A DNA stretch of 64,000 nucleotides from contig JBHGNT010000011.1 in NCBI GenBank assembly GCA_043228905.1, positions 4,898,001-4,962,000 on the forward strand, in the 5' to 3' direction. Positions 33,401 to 45,924 of the stretch are shown here, in pieces (the stretch's first letter is position 1; every line of letters starts with the position of its first letter). The DNA comes from Azolla caroliniana (Eukaryota; Plantae; Polypodiophyta). Both the position numbers and the translations under genes were made by a program. The notes under the pieces are model-generated. The model did not search any database and was not told the DNA's origin. It saw only the letters and a list, made by a program, of their open reading frames with translations.

Positions 33401-34715
33401 GGCACTTGATCTTTCTTCCTGTTTCCCTTTCGACGAAACTCTTGAGGTCCCGGAAATAGTTGTTCGATGAGGTCGATCCACGTGTGTCGCGTATAGTCGT
33501 CGATGAAGGAGATGAAATATCGACTCCCGCCAAGACTAACATTCTGTGCCAGCCCCCATACATCGGAATGTATCAAGGCGAGCTTGTTCCGGCTCCGATT
33601 ACGCTCGTCAAGGAAAGGAAGTCGGTGTTGCTTCCCTAGCTGGTAGTCTTCACAAATTTGTGCCTTCCGACCACTAAATTTGGGCAATCCGAACGGCACC
33701 TGTTTCGATTGCAAGTCCTTCGGGCACGTCATGTGGTTTGACGCGCCGGAGTCGACGTACCACAACTCGTCCGACTTTGGGGTGATCTTCTTAATCAAGT
33801 TTGCTTCGTGTTTCGTCACAAAGGCTGACCCTTTTCTGGCTTTTCCGGATCCATCGGTGTAGTGCGATCGTTGCCGATTTTCTTTGTCAGTCAGTCTGGA
33901 ACCTGATCTAGACCCGGTTCTCTCCTAATCGGCACACTTCTTCCAGCACTCTCTCTCCTTGTGGCCTTTCTTGCCACAGTACCAACATTCCGCGACGTAT
34001 TTCCCATGCTGGTTCTCGTTGCCTCGACTTCCCATGTTTCCAGAGGGTCCGGAATTGTTGTCGGCATCACTTCATACGACTCGCCTCGTCCACCACGACC
34101 ACAGATCTTATCTCCCTCTTTGTACAACATCTTGTTGTCGGCATGCGTCCTCGTCGATGCACCCGCGTGGTTCTCCTCTATAAGGAGCATCGAGTGTAGG
34201 TCGAAAAACAACGGCGTATTCTCCCGTGTACACACAACAGTTCGGAATGCTCCGAACTTCGATGCCAGTCCCCCGAGACAGATTTGCACCATCTCGCCTT
34301 CCTTGACGTTCACATCGATTGAGGGTAAGGAATCCCATATCTCTTTGATCTTCGAGGTGTAATCAGCCACTGACAAGTCGAGTTGTCGTAAGTTGCTCAA
34401 CTCCTGTTGGAGTTGAAGCTTCCTGGTTATGGTGCTTGCGGCGAAAATCTTTTTCAGATTTCCCCAAGCATCCTTCGGCGTTTTTGCATCCCGAATATAG
34501 CTCAGAAGCTATTTGCCCACGCAAGATGCAAAACAGTAGAGAACTCTACTCGGCGACTATTCAAGTCTTTGTGTGTCCAATCGGCTGTTGTGTCGTTTGC
34601 TCCGTCGACGTAGCTCCAATAACCATGCCCAAGCAGGCATCTTGTAAGACCAAGACGCCTAGTTGTTTCTGTCGAGCTTCTCTGTTGGAAGCGAGCTAGC
34701 CATGCCTCTATCCAT
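30431..34715 (-). pseudogene. gag-pol: Copia-G gag-pol pseudogene
   Basis: Fragments homologous to Copia-B: [52 protein letters not shown]. Confidence 0.9.
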
Positions 34716-34890
34716 TTTGTTTTTCCTGTTCTTTACGAAGGTTGGGTTTTCTTCTTTGAGCTAAGGTATGCTGCAGAGATTCTCAACCCTCGCGCTCTAA
34801 TACCATGTAAAAAGAATAGCGTGTGGAAGCAATAGAAAACCGAACACCGAAACGCAAGTTTAATGGAGAGCTTGAATATACACAGTACGC

Positions 34891-34892
<2 letters not shown>

Positions 34893-34941
<49 letters not shown>
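34893..34941. repeat. (GA)n microsatellite in Copia-G 5' LTR
   Basis: Uninterrupted GA run, much longer than in the sister LTR. Confidence 0.9.
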
Positions 34942-34945
<4 letters not shown>

Positions 34946-35293
34946 CACACTGAAACTCAATTCAAAATAATACTCCATCTGTACATAGGATGTGCTCAGT
35001 GAGCACTTTTATACAAGCCCTGACTATCAGGCTGACACAAGTATTGACGGTACTTGAATGCTCATAAATGACCCTACTACAATAACTCCCAAAATATATT
35101 CCTACACGGAATATCTTTCCAACGGCCTCGCGGTTTACACACCACTACGGCTTCTCGTTGCGTGCTAGTCTGCGCACCGGTTTACGCACTCGATTTACGC
35201 ACTGGTCCGGCCTAACCGATCGATCCCAACCGATCCGGTTCTCGGCTTGCACAACCGATCCGGCCAATGTTGAACTTGTATCTCAACAAAAGT

Positions 35294-36018
35294 CTTATTC
35301 AAAGAAAGAGAAGAATATGGGAAGTTACTCAACAATTTATCCAAACGCAAGAGAAAGCACATGCATGTGCTAAATTTTGGGGAAATCTAGAGGGGAAATG
35401 TGTTGAGACTTATAGTGACTTAACTCTTCACCACTTTTCTATGCATTATAAGAATTCATATGAGTTATCTCTTGCCGGAAAGATGATGTGTTATGGTTCT
35501 CTTTCACATATGCCTCCCTTCTTTACAATTGAAGATATATGCATAGGACTTAAGAAATTGGCCTCGTGAAAGGCAAGCGATCTTCAATGTATCAAGGCTA
35601 AAATGCTCAAATGGACGGGAGAGGAAGCACATGTATGGATAAGCGATATGTTTAATGATGCATTGAAATATGATATGTCGTACGATTGGACTACAAATAG
35701 GATCAAACCTTTACATAAAGGTGGAGATGTAAATAATGTAAACAACTATCGAACCATGATGGTTGGCTCATTAATGGCAAAACTGTTTGGATGTATAATG
35801 GAATCAAAGATATTTGTATGGGCTGAAAATAATGTTAAGAGAGGTTATGGACAAGCTGGATTTCGAAAACACCATAGCACCATTGATCACCTTATCACCA
35901 TTCGAGTATTAATGGAGGAAAGTCACATTAGAGGTAAAGGTTTATATTATTTTTGGAGACTTCAAGAAAGCTTTTGATATGGTACCTCATGAGCATCTTT
36001 GGGGGCAAAAGGAAGAAC
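35294..36018 (+). pseudogene. LINE ORF2 fragment: N-terminal RT domains
   Basis: IKPLHKGGD..NNYRT..AKLF..QAGFRKHHSTIDH..DFKKAFD. Confidence 0.9.
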
Positions 36019-39000
36019 TGTTAGGATTTCGATCCCTCCGGATGGGATATGAGTACCTCGCAACGGAAGACCCGGTGAGAACCGGATGATGAGTACCCGG
36101 CAACGAAAGACCTGGTGAGAACGGGATGATGAGTACCCAACAACGGAAGACCCGGTGAGAACCGGATGACACAGGCCCGGTGAGAACCTCTCACCGGATG
36201 AAGGGACATATATGTAAATATGTTCCAGAGAGCCCACTGGGCTATATTTGTAAATAGCCCGAAAGTCATCTTAGTATAAATATGACCTAGGGAAAACTCT
36301 TGAGAGTGGTTGTCATTCTTTTTTGTATAGTGATATTGTGTGTAACTGTTGTACAAAGTGTAGCAGAGGGAAAGAGAGAGAGAGAGAGAAAGAGAGAGAC
36401 AGTGTGAGTCTCTGTCTGTAACCGCCACCAGGCGAAGATTGTGAGCACGAGGTCGTTACCTCTGTGTTCCCCTATTGTATTCTTCTTGCATAGTGAGAGT
36501 TGGAGTTTGTGGACTCCCGTGGTTTTTCCCATCTAGGGTTTTCCACGTTAACATCCTGTGCATCCTCTTTCTGTTTGTGTACTTACTTCCATTTCCCATT
36601 TCTTCTGTGTTTGATTATCATTAAGTGATCTAAGCTTCGGTTGTGGCCAAAGATTATTCCGCATATTCTTTTCAATCTAGTATCAGAGCGAAAGGACACA
36701 GAAAAATGGAAGATTCGTTGGGAAGCATGTTCAAGCTCACTGGCTTCAACTACTCAGTGTGGAAGTCGAAGATGAGGGACATGCTCGTTGTTAAAGATCT
36801 TTGGTTGCCGGTCCAGTTCGGGGACAAGAGACCGTACAAGATCGACGCCATAGTGTGGGAGGTGATGCACATGAAGAAAACAACATACATCCGGTGCTTC
36901 ATCCACATGAGCCTGTACAACAATTTTAATGAGGAGAGTAAGGCTCATGGGCTCTGGGAGAAGATCAGCATTATGTTTCAGAACAAAAATGGTGTTAATC
37001 GGGTTTCGGTATTCCGGAAGCTAGTGAGGCTCCGGTACCAAGATGGCTCCAGTTTGGCAGAGCACATGAATGCCTTCCCGGGACTGATACACCAAGAAAC
37101 ATCGCTGGAAGTACCTCTCACCGATGAGGTACTTGCTCTACTCCTGCTCGGTTCCCTCCCGGATAGCTAGGAGACGTTGGTTGTCACGTTGGGCAACGCC
37201 GGGCCGGAAGGAAAACAACTATCCCTAGCAAGGGTCATGTCGAGCTTGCTAGATGAGGAGGCGCGTCAGAAAGACAAGGATACGAGCTCCGACTCCAAAG
37301 TGCTCTTATTGAATGGGAACGCGAAAGACAAAGGAACTGTAGTCTCCAGAACCGGGAAAAGTCGGGTACACGGTCAAAGTCAAGGGGGAGGCCTACTCGT
37401 TTCTATTGCGGCAAGCCTGGACACTTCCAGAAGAACTGTCGGCATTTCCGGAAAGAAAAGGAAACCAACAGTACCGATTCGAAGCGGGCACCGGAGCAGA
37501 GCAGCAAAGACCGGAGAGGACCAGACCAGAAGGGAACGACGACAATCGCGGCAAGTGAAGAAGAGTTGATGCTCATCACCGAGGAGAGTGAGCCAGCCGG
37601 TTACGGTGAGGATACCGAGCTGGCAGAAGAAGAAGTAGAAACCGGAACCGGCTAAGACCCAAAATTGGATCCGAATGAAGAACAAAAAGAGGAACCAGTT
37701 ATTGAAAGCCATGGACGCAGATATCCTCTTACAGAGAGAAGCCCCCCCCAGAGATTTCTGGATGCAGAGCATGTGTTGCTGACAGATTAGGGGGAGCCGG
37801 AAAGCTTCAAAGAAGAGAAGGATGACACCCATAACCGGAAGTGGTTGAGTGCCATGCAGGATGAGATGGATTCCCTGCATGAGAACCACATGTATGAACT
37901 GGAGGAGTTGCCGAAACGAAAGCAGGCACTCCGGAATAAGTGGGTGTACAAGTTGAAACCGGGAGATGCCAGCAACCCCCCGAGATACAAAGCCAGGATC
38001 GTGGTAAAGGGGTTCTAGCAGAAGAAGGGCGTGGACTTCGACGAGATATTTGCCCCGGTAGTAAAGATGACGTCCATCCGAACGGTGTTGAGCATAGCGG
38101 CAAGCATGGATCTCGAGGTAGAGCAGTTAGACGTGAAGAGGGTGTTCCTCCACGGCGACCTCGAAGAGGAGATTTACATTCAGCAACCGGAGGGATTTGT
38201 GAAGAAAGGGAAGGAGCACATGGTTTGCCGGTTGAAGAAGAGCCTCTACGGTTTGAAGCAGGCTCCCCGGCAATGGTACTAGAAATTTGACTCCTTCATG
38301 ACCGATCACTGCGTATTTGTGAAGAAATTCGACGGACGAGACTTCCTGATATTGCTCCTATATGTGGACGACATGTTGATCGTCGAACAGGACCAAGTGA
38401 AGATTTGGATGTTGAAGAAGGCCCTTAACCGAACCTTCTCAATGAAAGACTTGGGTCCGGCAAGACAGATCCTAGGGATGTATATCATCCGCAACCGGTC
38501 AACGAAGCAATTGTGGCTGTCACAGCAGAAGTACGTGACAAAGGTGCTTCAGCGGTTCAACATGTCAGATGCGAAACCGGTCGGATCGACACTCCCAGCA
38601 AACTACAGGTTATCCGGTAACCAAAGCCCGAAGAGGAAGGCAAAGAAGGCGGATATGATGAAAATACCATATGCCTCTACTGTCGGGAGCTTAATGTACA
38701 CAATGGTGTGTACCCGACCGGATATCGGATATGCAGTCGGAGTGGTGAGCCGGTTTATGAGCAATCCCAGCAAGGACCACTGGAATGCAGTAAAATGGAT
38801 ACTCCGGTACTTGAAAGGCACCTCAACTATGTGTCTCTGATTCGGCTCCGGTAAACCCCAACTTGACGGTTTCACCAATTCGGATATGTCGGTTGATGTG
38901 AATACCAGCCGGTCAACATCCGAATATGTCATGACATATGCAGGGGGAGTTGTTTTGTGGCAGTCGAGGCTGCAGAAGACGATTGCATTGTCAACCACAA

Positions 39001-39920
39001 AAGTGGAGTACATGGCGGCTATGGAAGCCGGCAAGGAAATACTATGGATGAAGGACTTCATCGAAGAGCTAGGGATCCGGCAAGAGGAATACCGGCTCTA
39101 TTGCAATAGTCAAAATACCATCCACCTTGTGAAGAACGCGGCGTATCATTCCAGGACAAAGCACATCTAGTGGAGGTACCACTGGATCTCGGAGTGAGTA
39201 GAAGATCGGGAGTTTGTGCTAACGAAAATCCACACGGAGGAGAACGGGTCCGATATGCTGACCAAAGTGCTGACACCCGACAAGCTAGATGCATGCAGGA
39301 AGAGGATCGGATTGACGAAGCATCCCATGCCGGAGTGAAGGGGGAGTTTGTTAGGATTTCGATCCCTTCAGATGGGATATGAGTACCCGGCAACGGAAGA
39401 CCCGATGAGAACCGGATCACATAGGCCCGGTGAGAACCTCTCAACGGATGAAGGGACATATATGTAAATATGTTCCAGAGAGCCCACTGGGGCTATATTT
39501 GTAAATAGGCCAAAATTCATCTTATTATAAATATGACCTAGGGCAAACTCTTGAGAGTGGTTGTCATTATTTTTTGTATAGTGATATTGTGTGTAACTGT
39601 TGTACAGAGTGTAGTAGAGGGAAAGTGTGTGAGAGAGAGAGAGATAGTGTTGAGTCTCTGTCTGTAACCGTCGCCAGGCGAAGATTGTGAGCACAAGGTC
39701 ATTGCCTCTGTGTTCCCTTGTTGTATTCTTCTTGCATAGTGAGAGTTGGAATTTGTGGACTCCGATGGTTTTTCCCATCTAGGGTTTTCCACATTAACAT
39801 CCTGTCCATTCTCTTTCTGTTTTTGTACTTACTTCCATTTCCCATTTCTTTTGTGTTTGATAATCATTAAGTGATCTAAGCTTCGGTTGTGGCCGAAGAT
39901 TATTCCGCATATTCTTTTCA
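36019..39920 (+). mobile_element. Copia-H: Tnt1/Tto1-like element with internal deletion of protease and integrase
   Basis: LTRs 36019-36674 and 39349-39920; TSD AGAAC; PBS TAGTATCAGAGC 36678-36689; junction near 37590 removes about 1.4 kb relative to Copia-I. Confidence 0.93.
36706..39338 (+). pseudogene. gag-pol: Copia-H gag and RT-RNase H pseudogene
   Basis: MEDSLGSMFKLTGFNYSVW.., YVDD, multiple stops and frameshifts. Confidence 0.9.
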
Positions 39921-39925
39921 AGAAC

Positions 39926-39983
39926 TTGAGGTGCCAAGTGAATATATGCATGCAATTTCCCGAATTTATGAGAAGGTTATATG
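39926..39983 (+). pseudogene. LINE RT sliver between Copia-H and Copia-I
   Basis: LEVPSEYMHAISRIYEKVI links HLWGQKEE to CCVHMRDK. Confidence 0.75.
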
Positions 39984-40077
39984 TGTTGGGAGACAGGTCC
40001 CTCCGGATGGAAAGGGAGAAGAACAGTGCTGATGAACAAGCTTGGCCGAGGCCGATAGGCCGAGGCCTAAACCGTAT

Positions 40078-40404
40078 GAGGAGTACCCGGCTATGGAGAG
40101 CCGGATGGTGCAGACCCGGTATGAACCGGATGAGGAGTACCCGGCTGTAGAGAGCCGGATGGTGCAGACCCGGTATGAACCGGATGAGGAGCACCCGACT
40201 ACGGAGAGCCGGATGGTGCAGACCCGGTATGAACCGGATGAGGAGGACCCGGCTACGGAGAGCCGGATGGTGCAGACCCGGTATGAACCGGATGAGGAGG
40301 ACCCGGCTACGGAGAGCCGGATGGTGCAGACCCGGTATGAACCGGATGAGGAGTACCCGGCTACGGAGAGCTAGATGGTGCAGACCCGGTATGAACCGGA
40401 TGAG
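40078..40404 (+). repeat. 54-bp CCGG-rich tandem repeat, 6 units in the 5' LTR (4 units in the 3' LTR at about 45038-45258)
   Basis: Unit GAGTACCCGGCTACGGAGAGCCGGATGGTGCAGACCCGGTATGAACCGGATGAG. Confidence 0.92.
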
Positions 40405-40887
40405 GAGACATATTGGTAAATATGTTTCTGAGAGTCCATCGAGGCTATATTTGTAAATAGCTGAAAAGTCATATTAGTATAAATATGACTTAGGGCAAAC
40501 TTTTAGGGTGTGTTGTCATTCTTGTTTGAAAAAGAATAGACAGAGCGCGTAACTGTGTACAGAGAGAGAGAGAGAGAGAGAGAAAGAGGTCGTTTCCTCT
40601 GTTGTAACCGCCGCCTGTGGCGAAGATCTGTGAGCACGAGATCGTTGCCTCAGTGAACTCATGGTTGTACATTCTTACATAGTGACAGTTTGCAGCCTAT
40701 GGGCTGCCGTGGTTTTTCCCTTAGTTTGGGGTTTTCCATGTAAACCTCTTGTGTATTTTCTTCTTCTTTGTGTCGCGTTTTATTTCCCGTTTTCTGTGTA
40801 TCATTCTAAGCTCGGTTGTGGCCGAGCGTTGTGCATCAGGAGCGTTCAGTTCCCGTCAATTGGTATCAGAGCGAAACAACACAGAAA

Positions 40888-43800
40888 ATGGACGAATCGT
40901 TTGGCGGCATGTTCAAGCTCACCGGCTCCAACTATTCAGTGTGGAAGTTGAAGATGAGGGACATGCTCGTGGTTAAAGACCTCTGGCTGCCGGTTCAATT
41001 CGGGGACAAGAGACTGGACAAAATCGACGCCGCGATATGGGAGGTGATGCACATGAAGACAACGGCGTACATACGGTGCTTCATCGACATGAGCCTGTAC
41101 AACAACTTCAATGAAGAGAGCAAGGCTCATGAGCTCTGGGAGAAGATCGGCATTATGTTTCAAAACAAAAATGCTGTCAATCAGGTTTCAGTATTCCGGA
41201 AGCTAGTAAGACTCCGGTACCAAGATGGCTCCAGCATGGCGGAGCACATGAATGCCTTCCAGGGGCTGATTCACCAGGCAACTTCATTGGAAGTACCTCT
41301 CGCCGATGAGGTACTAGCGCTACTCCTGCTCGGTTCCCTCTCGGATAGCTGGGAGACGTTGGTTGTCACTTTGGGCAACGCCGGGCCGGAAGGAAAACGG
41401 TTATCCCTAGCAAGAGTAAAGTCGAGCTTGCTAGATGAGGAGGCGCGTCGGAAGGATAAAGATATGAGCTCCGACTCCAAAGCGCTTCTTACCGAATCGG
41501 AACGCGGAAGACATAGAAACCGTAGTCCCCAGAACCGGGAGAACTCGGGGACACGGTCAAAGTCAAGGGGGAGGCCTACTTGCTTCTATTGCGGCAAGCC
41601 GGGACACTTCCAAAAGAACTGTCGGCATTTCCGAAAAGACAAGGAAACCGACAGTACCGATTCGAAGCGGACCCTGGAACGGAACGGTAAAGACCGGAGA
41701 GGGCCAAACCGGAAGGGAACGACGGCAATCGCGGCAAGTGAAGAAGAGTTGATGCTCATCACCGAGGAGAGTGAGATAAACCTTGCTGGCGACGAGACGA
41801 CCTAGGTGGTAGACTCCGGAGCGTCGTTCCACCTTACCCCAGACCGAAAATGCTTCTCATCCTACTCAGCAGGGGATCACAGCTGTGTCCGGATGGGGAA
41901 TGAAGGTACATGCCGAATTGTCGACATAGGAGACGTGTGGCTGACAACACCAACCGGATGCAAGTTGCTGCTGAAGGATTTCCAACACGTTCCGGAGGTT
42001 CGACTGAACCTGATATCAGCCGGTCGGCTAGATGATGAGGGCTACACGGGTAGCATCCGAAACGGCATCATGAAGTTCAGCAAAGGGAGCCTGATTGTGG
42101 CTCAGGCCCGGAAGGTAAACACACTGTACCTGATGAATGCCCGGTTATGCCCGGAAGAAGTGAACGTGGCTTCCGACACTGCCGGTGAGATGTGGCACAA
42201 GAGGCTGTGTCATATGAGCGAGAAGGGGATGAAGAGGCTTGCAGACGACAACCTCATTCCAGTGAAGAACTTGCACTTAGAGAAGTGCACTGATTGTCTG
42301 GCCGGTAAGCAGAACCGAACCTCCTTCCGACCAAGGCCACCGATGAGACGGAATGCACCACTAGAGTTGGTGCATACGGATGTGTGTCAAGTAGACACGA
42401 AGTCACATGCCAGAGCGCAGTAGTTTGTGACGTTCATAGATGAGCACGGGAGGAAGCTGTGGGCCACACCGTTGAAGACGAAGGATCAGGTGTTATCCGT
42501 CTTCAAAGAGCTCCACACAAGAGTGGAAAGAGAAACCGGCCGGAAGCTGAAGGCGGTTCGAGCAGATAACGGAGGAGAGTACCGGGGGAAGTTCGAGGAG
42601 TACTGCCTCTCGAAGGGAATCCGGCTTGAATTTACCGTGCCGAACACGCTGGAACTAAACGGACTGGCCGAGAGGATGAACCGGACCATAATGGAGAGGG
42701 TCCGGAGTATGCTAGCGCATGCAAAACTACCCAAGAAGTTTTGGGTTGAGGCACTGTCGACGGCGACATACGTGATAAATAGATCACCCTCAGTACCCTT
42801 GGATGGAGACACGCCACAAAGAGTGTGGACCGGTAAGGAAGTATCCTACCGGCATCTGAAGGTGTTCGGGTGTCTCGCGTACGTGCATGTAGCTAAGGAC
42901 CGGAGAGGAAAGTTAGATCCAAAGACCCGGCCATGCATATTCCTCGGTTACGGTGACGATGAGTTTGGCTACCGAGTGTGGGACCTGGTCGACAAGAAGG
43001 TATTCCGGAGTCGAGATATTATCTTCATGGAGAACAAGACGCTCGCCGACTGGGAGTCGGAGAAGAAGATAATGAACTCCGAGTCGACCGTTATGGATAG
43101 ACTCTACGATGAGCAGACCCAACCGGCAAGAGACCGGTTAGCACTCGAGGAACCAGCCGGTTACGGTGAGGATACCGAATCGGCAAAAGAAGAAGTAGAG
43201 GAAGCTGAGACCGGAACCGGCCAAGACCCCGAATCGGATTCGGATGAAGAGCAAATGGAGGAGCCGGTTACCGAAGCCCGAAGACGTAGATATCCTCTCA
43301 GAGAGAGAAGGGCCCCCCGGAGATTTCCGGATGCAGACCATGTTCTACTGACCGATGAGGGGGAGCCGGAAAGCTTCGAAGAAGCGAAGGTTGACACCCA
43401 AAGCTGAAAATGGTTAAGTGCCATGCAGGATGAGATGGACTCCCTGCATGAGAACCATACGTACGAATTGGTGGAGTTGCCGAAAGGAAAGCGGGGACTC
43501 CGAAACAAGTGGGTGTACAAGTTGAAACTGGGAGATTCCGGCAACCCCCCGAGATACAAAGCCAGGATCGTGGTGAAGGGGTTCCAGCAGAAGAAGAGCG
43601 TGGACTTAAACGAGATATTTGCCCCGGTAGTAAAGATGACCTCCATCCGGACGGTGTTGAGTATAGCGGCAAGCATGGACCTCGAGGTAGAGCAGCTGGA
43701 CGTGAAGACGGCATTCCTTCACCGCGACCTCGAAGAAGAGATCTACATGCAGCAACCGGAAGGATTTGTGGAGAAAGAGAAGGAGCACCTGGTATGCCGG

Positions 43801-44934
43801 TTGAAGAAGAGCCCGTACGGACTGAAGCAGGCTCCCCAACAATGGTACCGGAAGTTCGACTCCTTCATGACCGATCAAGGGTACCACAAGATGCAGGCCG
43901 ATCACTGCATGTTTGTGAAGAAGTTTGAAGGAGGCGACTTCCTGATACTCCTTCTGTACGTGGATGACATGTTGATCGTCGGACGGGACCAAGTCAAAAT
44001 ACGGATGCTGAAGAAGGCTCTCAACCGGACCTTCTCAATGAAAGACTTGGGTCCGGCAAGACAGATACTAGGGATGCACATCATCCGGAACTGGTCAAAG
44101 AAGCAATTATGGCTGTCACAGGAGAAGTACGTGACAAAGGTGCTTCACCGGTTCAACAGGTCAGAAGCGAAACCGGTCGGATCGACACTTCCGGCAAACT
44201 ACAGGCTATCTGGTAAGCAAAGCCCGAAGACAAAAGCAGAGAAGGCGGATATGATGAGGATTCCATATGCCTCTGTCATCGGGAGCTTGATGTACGCTAT
44301 GGTGTGTACCCGACCGGATATAGGATACGCAGTCGGAGTGGTGAGCCGGTTTATGAGCAATCCCGGCAAGGAGCACCGGAACGCGGTCAAATGGATACTC
44401 CAGTATTTGAAGGCCACTTCAAATATGTGTCTCCGATTCGGCTCAGGAAAACCTCAATTGGACGGTTTCACCGATTCGGGCATGTCGGCTGATGTGGATA
44501 CCAGCCGGTCTACATCTGGGTATGTAATGACATATGTAGGGGGAGTTGTTTCGTGGCAGTCGAGGCTGCAGAAGACGGTTGCATTGTCAACCATAGAGGC
44601 GGAGTACATGGCGGCTATGGAAGATGGCAAGGAAATATTATGGATGAAGGACTTCATCGGAGAGCTCGGTATCCGGCAACAAGAATACCGACTCTATTGC
44701 GATAGTCAAAGTGCCATCCACCTTGCTAAGAATGCGGCCTACCATTCCCGAGCGAAGCATATCCAGCGGAGGTATCACTGGATCCGGGAAAGAGTAGATG
44801 ACCAGGAGTTCGCACTGACGAAGATCCACACTGCCGAGAACGGGTCAGATATGCTGACCAAAGTGCTGACACCTGACAAGCTGAGCGCGTGCCGGAAGAG
44901 GATCGGACTGGTAAGACACCCCATGCCGGAGTGA
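40888..44934 (+). pseudogene. gag-pol: Copia-I Gag-Pol, single frame with three in-frame stops
   Basis: Stops end at 41805, 42423 and 43407; all four ORF pieces share one frame. Confidence 0.93.
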
Positions 44935-45710
44935 AGGGGGAGTTTGTTGGGAGACAGGTCCCTCCGGATGGAAAGGGAGAAGAACAGTGATGATGAACAA
45001 GCTCGGCCAAGGCCGATAGGCCAAGGCCTAAACCGTATGAGGAGTACCCGGCTAGGTAGAGCCGGATGGTGCAGACCCGGTATGAACCGGATGAGGAGTA
45101 CCCGGCTACGGAGAGCCGGATGGTGTAGACCCGGTATGAACCGGATGAGGAGGACCCGGCTACAGAGAGCCGGATGGTGCAGACCCGGTATGAACCGGAT
45201 GAGGAGGACCCGGCTACGGAGAGCCGGATGGTGCAGACCCGGTATGAACCGGATGAGGAGACATATTGGTAAATATGTTTCTGAGAGTCCATCGAGGCTA
45301 TATTTGTAAATAGCTGAAAAGTCATATTAGTATAAATATGACTTAGGGCAAACTTTTAGGGTGTGTTGTCATTCTTGTTTGAAAAAGAATAGAGAGAGCG
45401 CATAACTATGTACAGAGAGAGAGAGAGAGAAAGAGGTCGTTGCCTCTATTGTAACCGCCGCCTGTGGCGAAGATCTGTGAGCACAAGGTCGTTGCCTCAG
45501 TGAACTCACTGTTGTACATTCTTACATAGTGACAGTTTACAGCCTGTGGGCTGCCGTGGTTTTTCCCTTAGTTTGGGGTTTTCCACGTAAACCTCCTGTG
45601 TATTTTCTTCTTCTTTGTGTCGCGTTTTATTTCTCGTTTTCTGTGTATCATTCTAAGCTCGGTTGTGGCCGAGTGTTGCGCATAAGGAGCGTTCAGTTCC
45701 CGTCAATATG

Positions 45711-45924
45711 TTGTGTGCACATGAGAGATAAACTTTCAGATTTTTTCAAAAGCATTATTGGTGTTAAGCAAGGTTGCCCACTCTCACCAACACTATTTGT
45801 TCTATGCATTGATGAATTCGAAGAAATGGTTACCAAGTTTGCAAAGGAATAATGTGTTGAGAAAGTTGCCATTGGGAATGATGCCAGTCATGCTCCTCAT
45901 TTTGTGTTCCGGTTGGATGCAAGA
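45711..45924 (+). pseudogene. LINE RT fragment followed by an internal deletion
   Basis: GVKQGCPLSPTLFVLCID; the YADD-containing region is missing. Confidence 0.85.

Larger units (their letters stand above)
30007..35288 (-). mobile_element. Copia-G: degenerate element related to Copia-B
   Basis: LTRs 30007-30436 and 34806-35288; TSD AAAGG/AAAGT; degenerate PBS rc 34794-34805; PPT rc 30437-30445; internal deletion after WYVDSGASNHMT. Confidence 0.92.
39984..45705 (+). mobile_element. Copia-I: full-length Tnt1/Tto1-like element
   Basis: LTRs 39984-40858 and 44945-45705; TSD ATATG; PBS 40861-40872; PPT GAAGGGGGAG before 44945. Confidence 0.95.

Noticed and set aside
40042-40456. Repeat-protein ORFs (ESRMVQTRYEPDEE)n in the Copia-I LTR
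   Set aside because: A by-product of a 54-bp unit. Sister LTRs use units not divisible by three (28 bp), and the region lies upstream of the TATA box.
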